Shown: positions 62,851 through 64,000 of the stretch, one piece after another
Layout of the letters: every line of letters starts with the position of its first letter
Numbering within the stretch: the first letter of the stretch is position 1
Origin: Prorocentrum cordatum
Taxonomy: Eukaryota
Direction of reading: 5' to 3'
Assembly (NCBI GenBank): GCA_963575745.1
Contig: CAUYUJ010000092.1
Span: 124,001-188,000, forward strand
DNA: 64,000 bases
Program-made: the position numbers and the translations under genes
The notes under the pieces: model-generated
What the model was told of the DNA's origin: nothing
Database searches by the model: none
What the model saw: only the letters and a program-made list of their open reading frames with translations

Positions 62851-64000
62851 TATTTCGATCGGATTCCTCGCTTCAGATTAGGCATCCCCCTGCTCCTCCT
62901 CCTCTCCCTCCTCCCTCTCCTGCGAAGGCACGTGCGCTCCTCCTCTTCTCCCTCCTCCTCGTCATCCGCTGCGACGTCACTTGCTGGTAGGAGTCCAGTG
63001 GACCTGACCGTCCAGGAGCCCTGTGGCTCCGTATCCAAGGCTGCGGCATGAAAAGGCTCAGGGGTGGCCGCCACTTTGACCACACGCGCCCTGCCTTCGG
63101 ACGGCCAGAGCGGATTCCGTCGCTGCCATGGGCCACTGCTCGGAGATGTTGGGGCTGGATGGCTCCTCGCTCGGGCGGCAAGGTCACGAGAGCTCAGGCC
63201 ATACCTGCGCCACGGGCTCCGAGCATTGCCTCGGAGCGGCCACAGGAAGGCGCTCGAAGTTTCCAGGAGGCACTGTCGACGTGGAGACTTGCACCCAGCA
63301 TCTCGTATACTTTTCCTTCGGTTGCGGCGTGGTGCCAGCAACTCCTCGTCCTCGTCCCCCTCGTCCTCGTGTCACTCGTCATCCTTCTCCCTTGCTCCCC
63401 GTCCTCAATCCTACCTGTCTCGCTCCCCTCCTGCGTCTACTTCTGTGGTGAAGCCTCTGCAGAGTCGTGCCGATTGCTTTCGCTTGCGAAGAATACCGCA
63501 ACAGACTCGTCGAGGTAAAGTGCATCAATATGAGCCGCACAGCCAGGCTTCAGAAGTTGATAAGTCGCTGCCATCGGCTGGGTGCCCTGATCATGTGAAT
63601 CTTTGAAAAGACACAAATTTTATACCGTTTCTAGATCATCGGATTCGTATATCCCGGATTCATGCCATCGTGCATGTCCTCCTCTTCCTCCTCCTCTTCC
63701 TCCTCCTCCTCCTCCTCATCCTTCTCATCCTCCTATGCCACCCCCCCGCTTCCCTCGCAGCATCGATAAGCCATGCTGTTCGACCTCTCGTGCCTGCGAA
63801 CTTCTGCCGGGGGCTTCTACGCAGCGATGGGGTACCGCAGGGGCTGCTGCGGGGTTCAGTCTGTCGTTGGCCGCCACTGGCGCGTTGGCCCAGCAGCGGC
63901 GTGAACAGAAACGCATCTTCGATGTTCTGCACCGGGTTTCTTGTTTGTGCGGCCTCCTCCTCCTCCTCCTCCTCCTCCTCCCCCCATCCTCCTTTTTTTC

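Overview
Eukaryotic, GC-rich, repeat-dominated DNA that looks like a dinoflagellate nuclear genome. The evidence is an exact 22-nt dinoflagellate spliced leader (DinoSL) at 46403-46424, GC/GA-AG introns, and host genes all on one strand. Three intron-containing host genes lie on +: an RNF10/Mag2-like RING E3 ligase with two extra N-terminal RanBP2/NZF fingers (13466-23845), a pepsin-family aspartic protease (26588-28455), and the 5' part of an SLC35F/THI74-like transporter (about 30111-43040). A fourth, poorly supported gene may occupy about 1.3-7.5 kb. Most introns have short direct repeats at both junctions, and several are TIR mini-elements (introners), one of them nested in another. Three 6-7 kb sense-strand non-LTR retrotransposons (ORF1 + APE-RT-RNase H) sit in (CCT)n/(GAG)n tracts, two of them inside giant host introns; one begins with a perfect spliced leader and another with tandem SL relics. 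Two antisense LINE fragments, several MITE families, and micro/minisatellites fill the rest. Most interesting: LINEs apparently mobilised as SL-trans-spliced RNAs, a CTT-TGA-C +1 frameshift-like ORF1/ORF2 junction, and a nested introner that creates an AG|GT recursive-splice-like site. All calls were made by eye without database searches.
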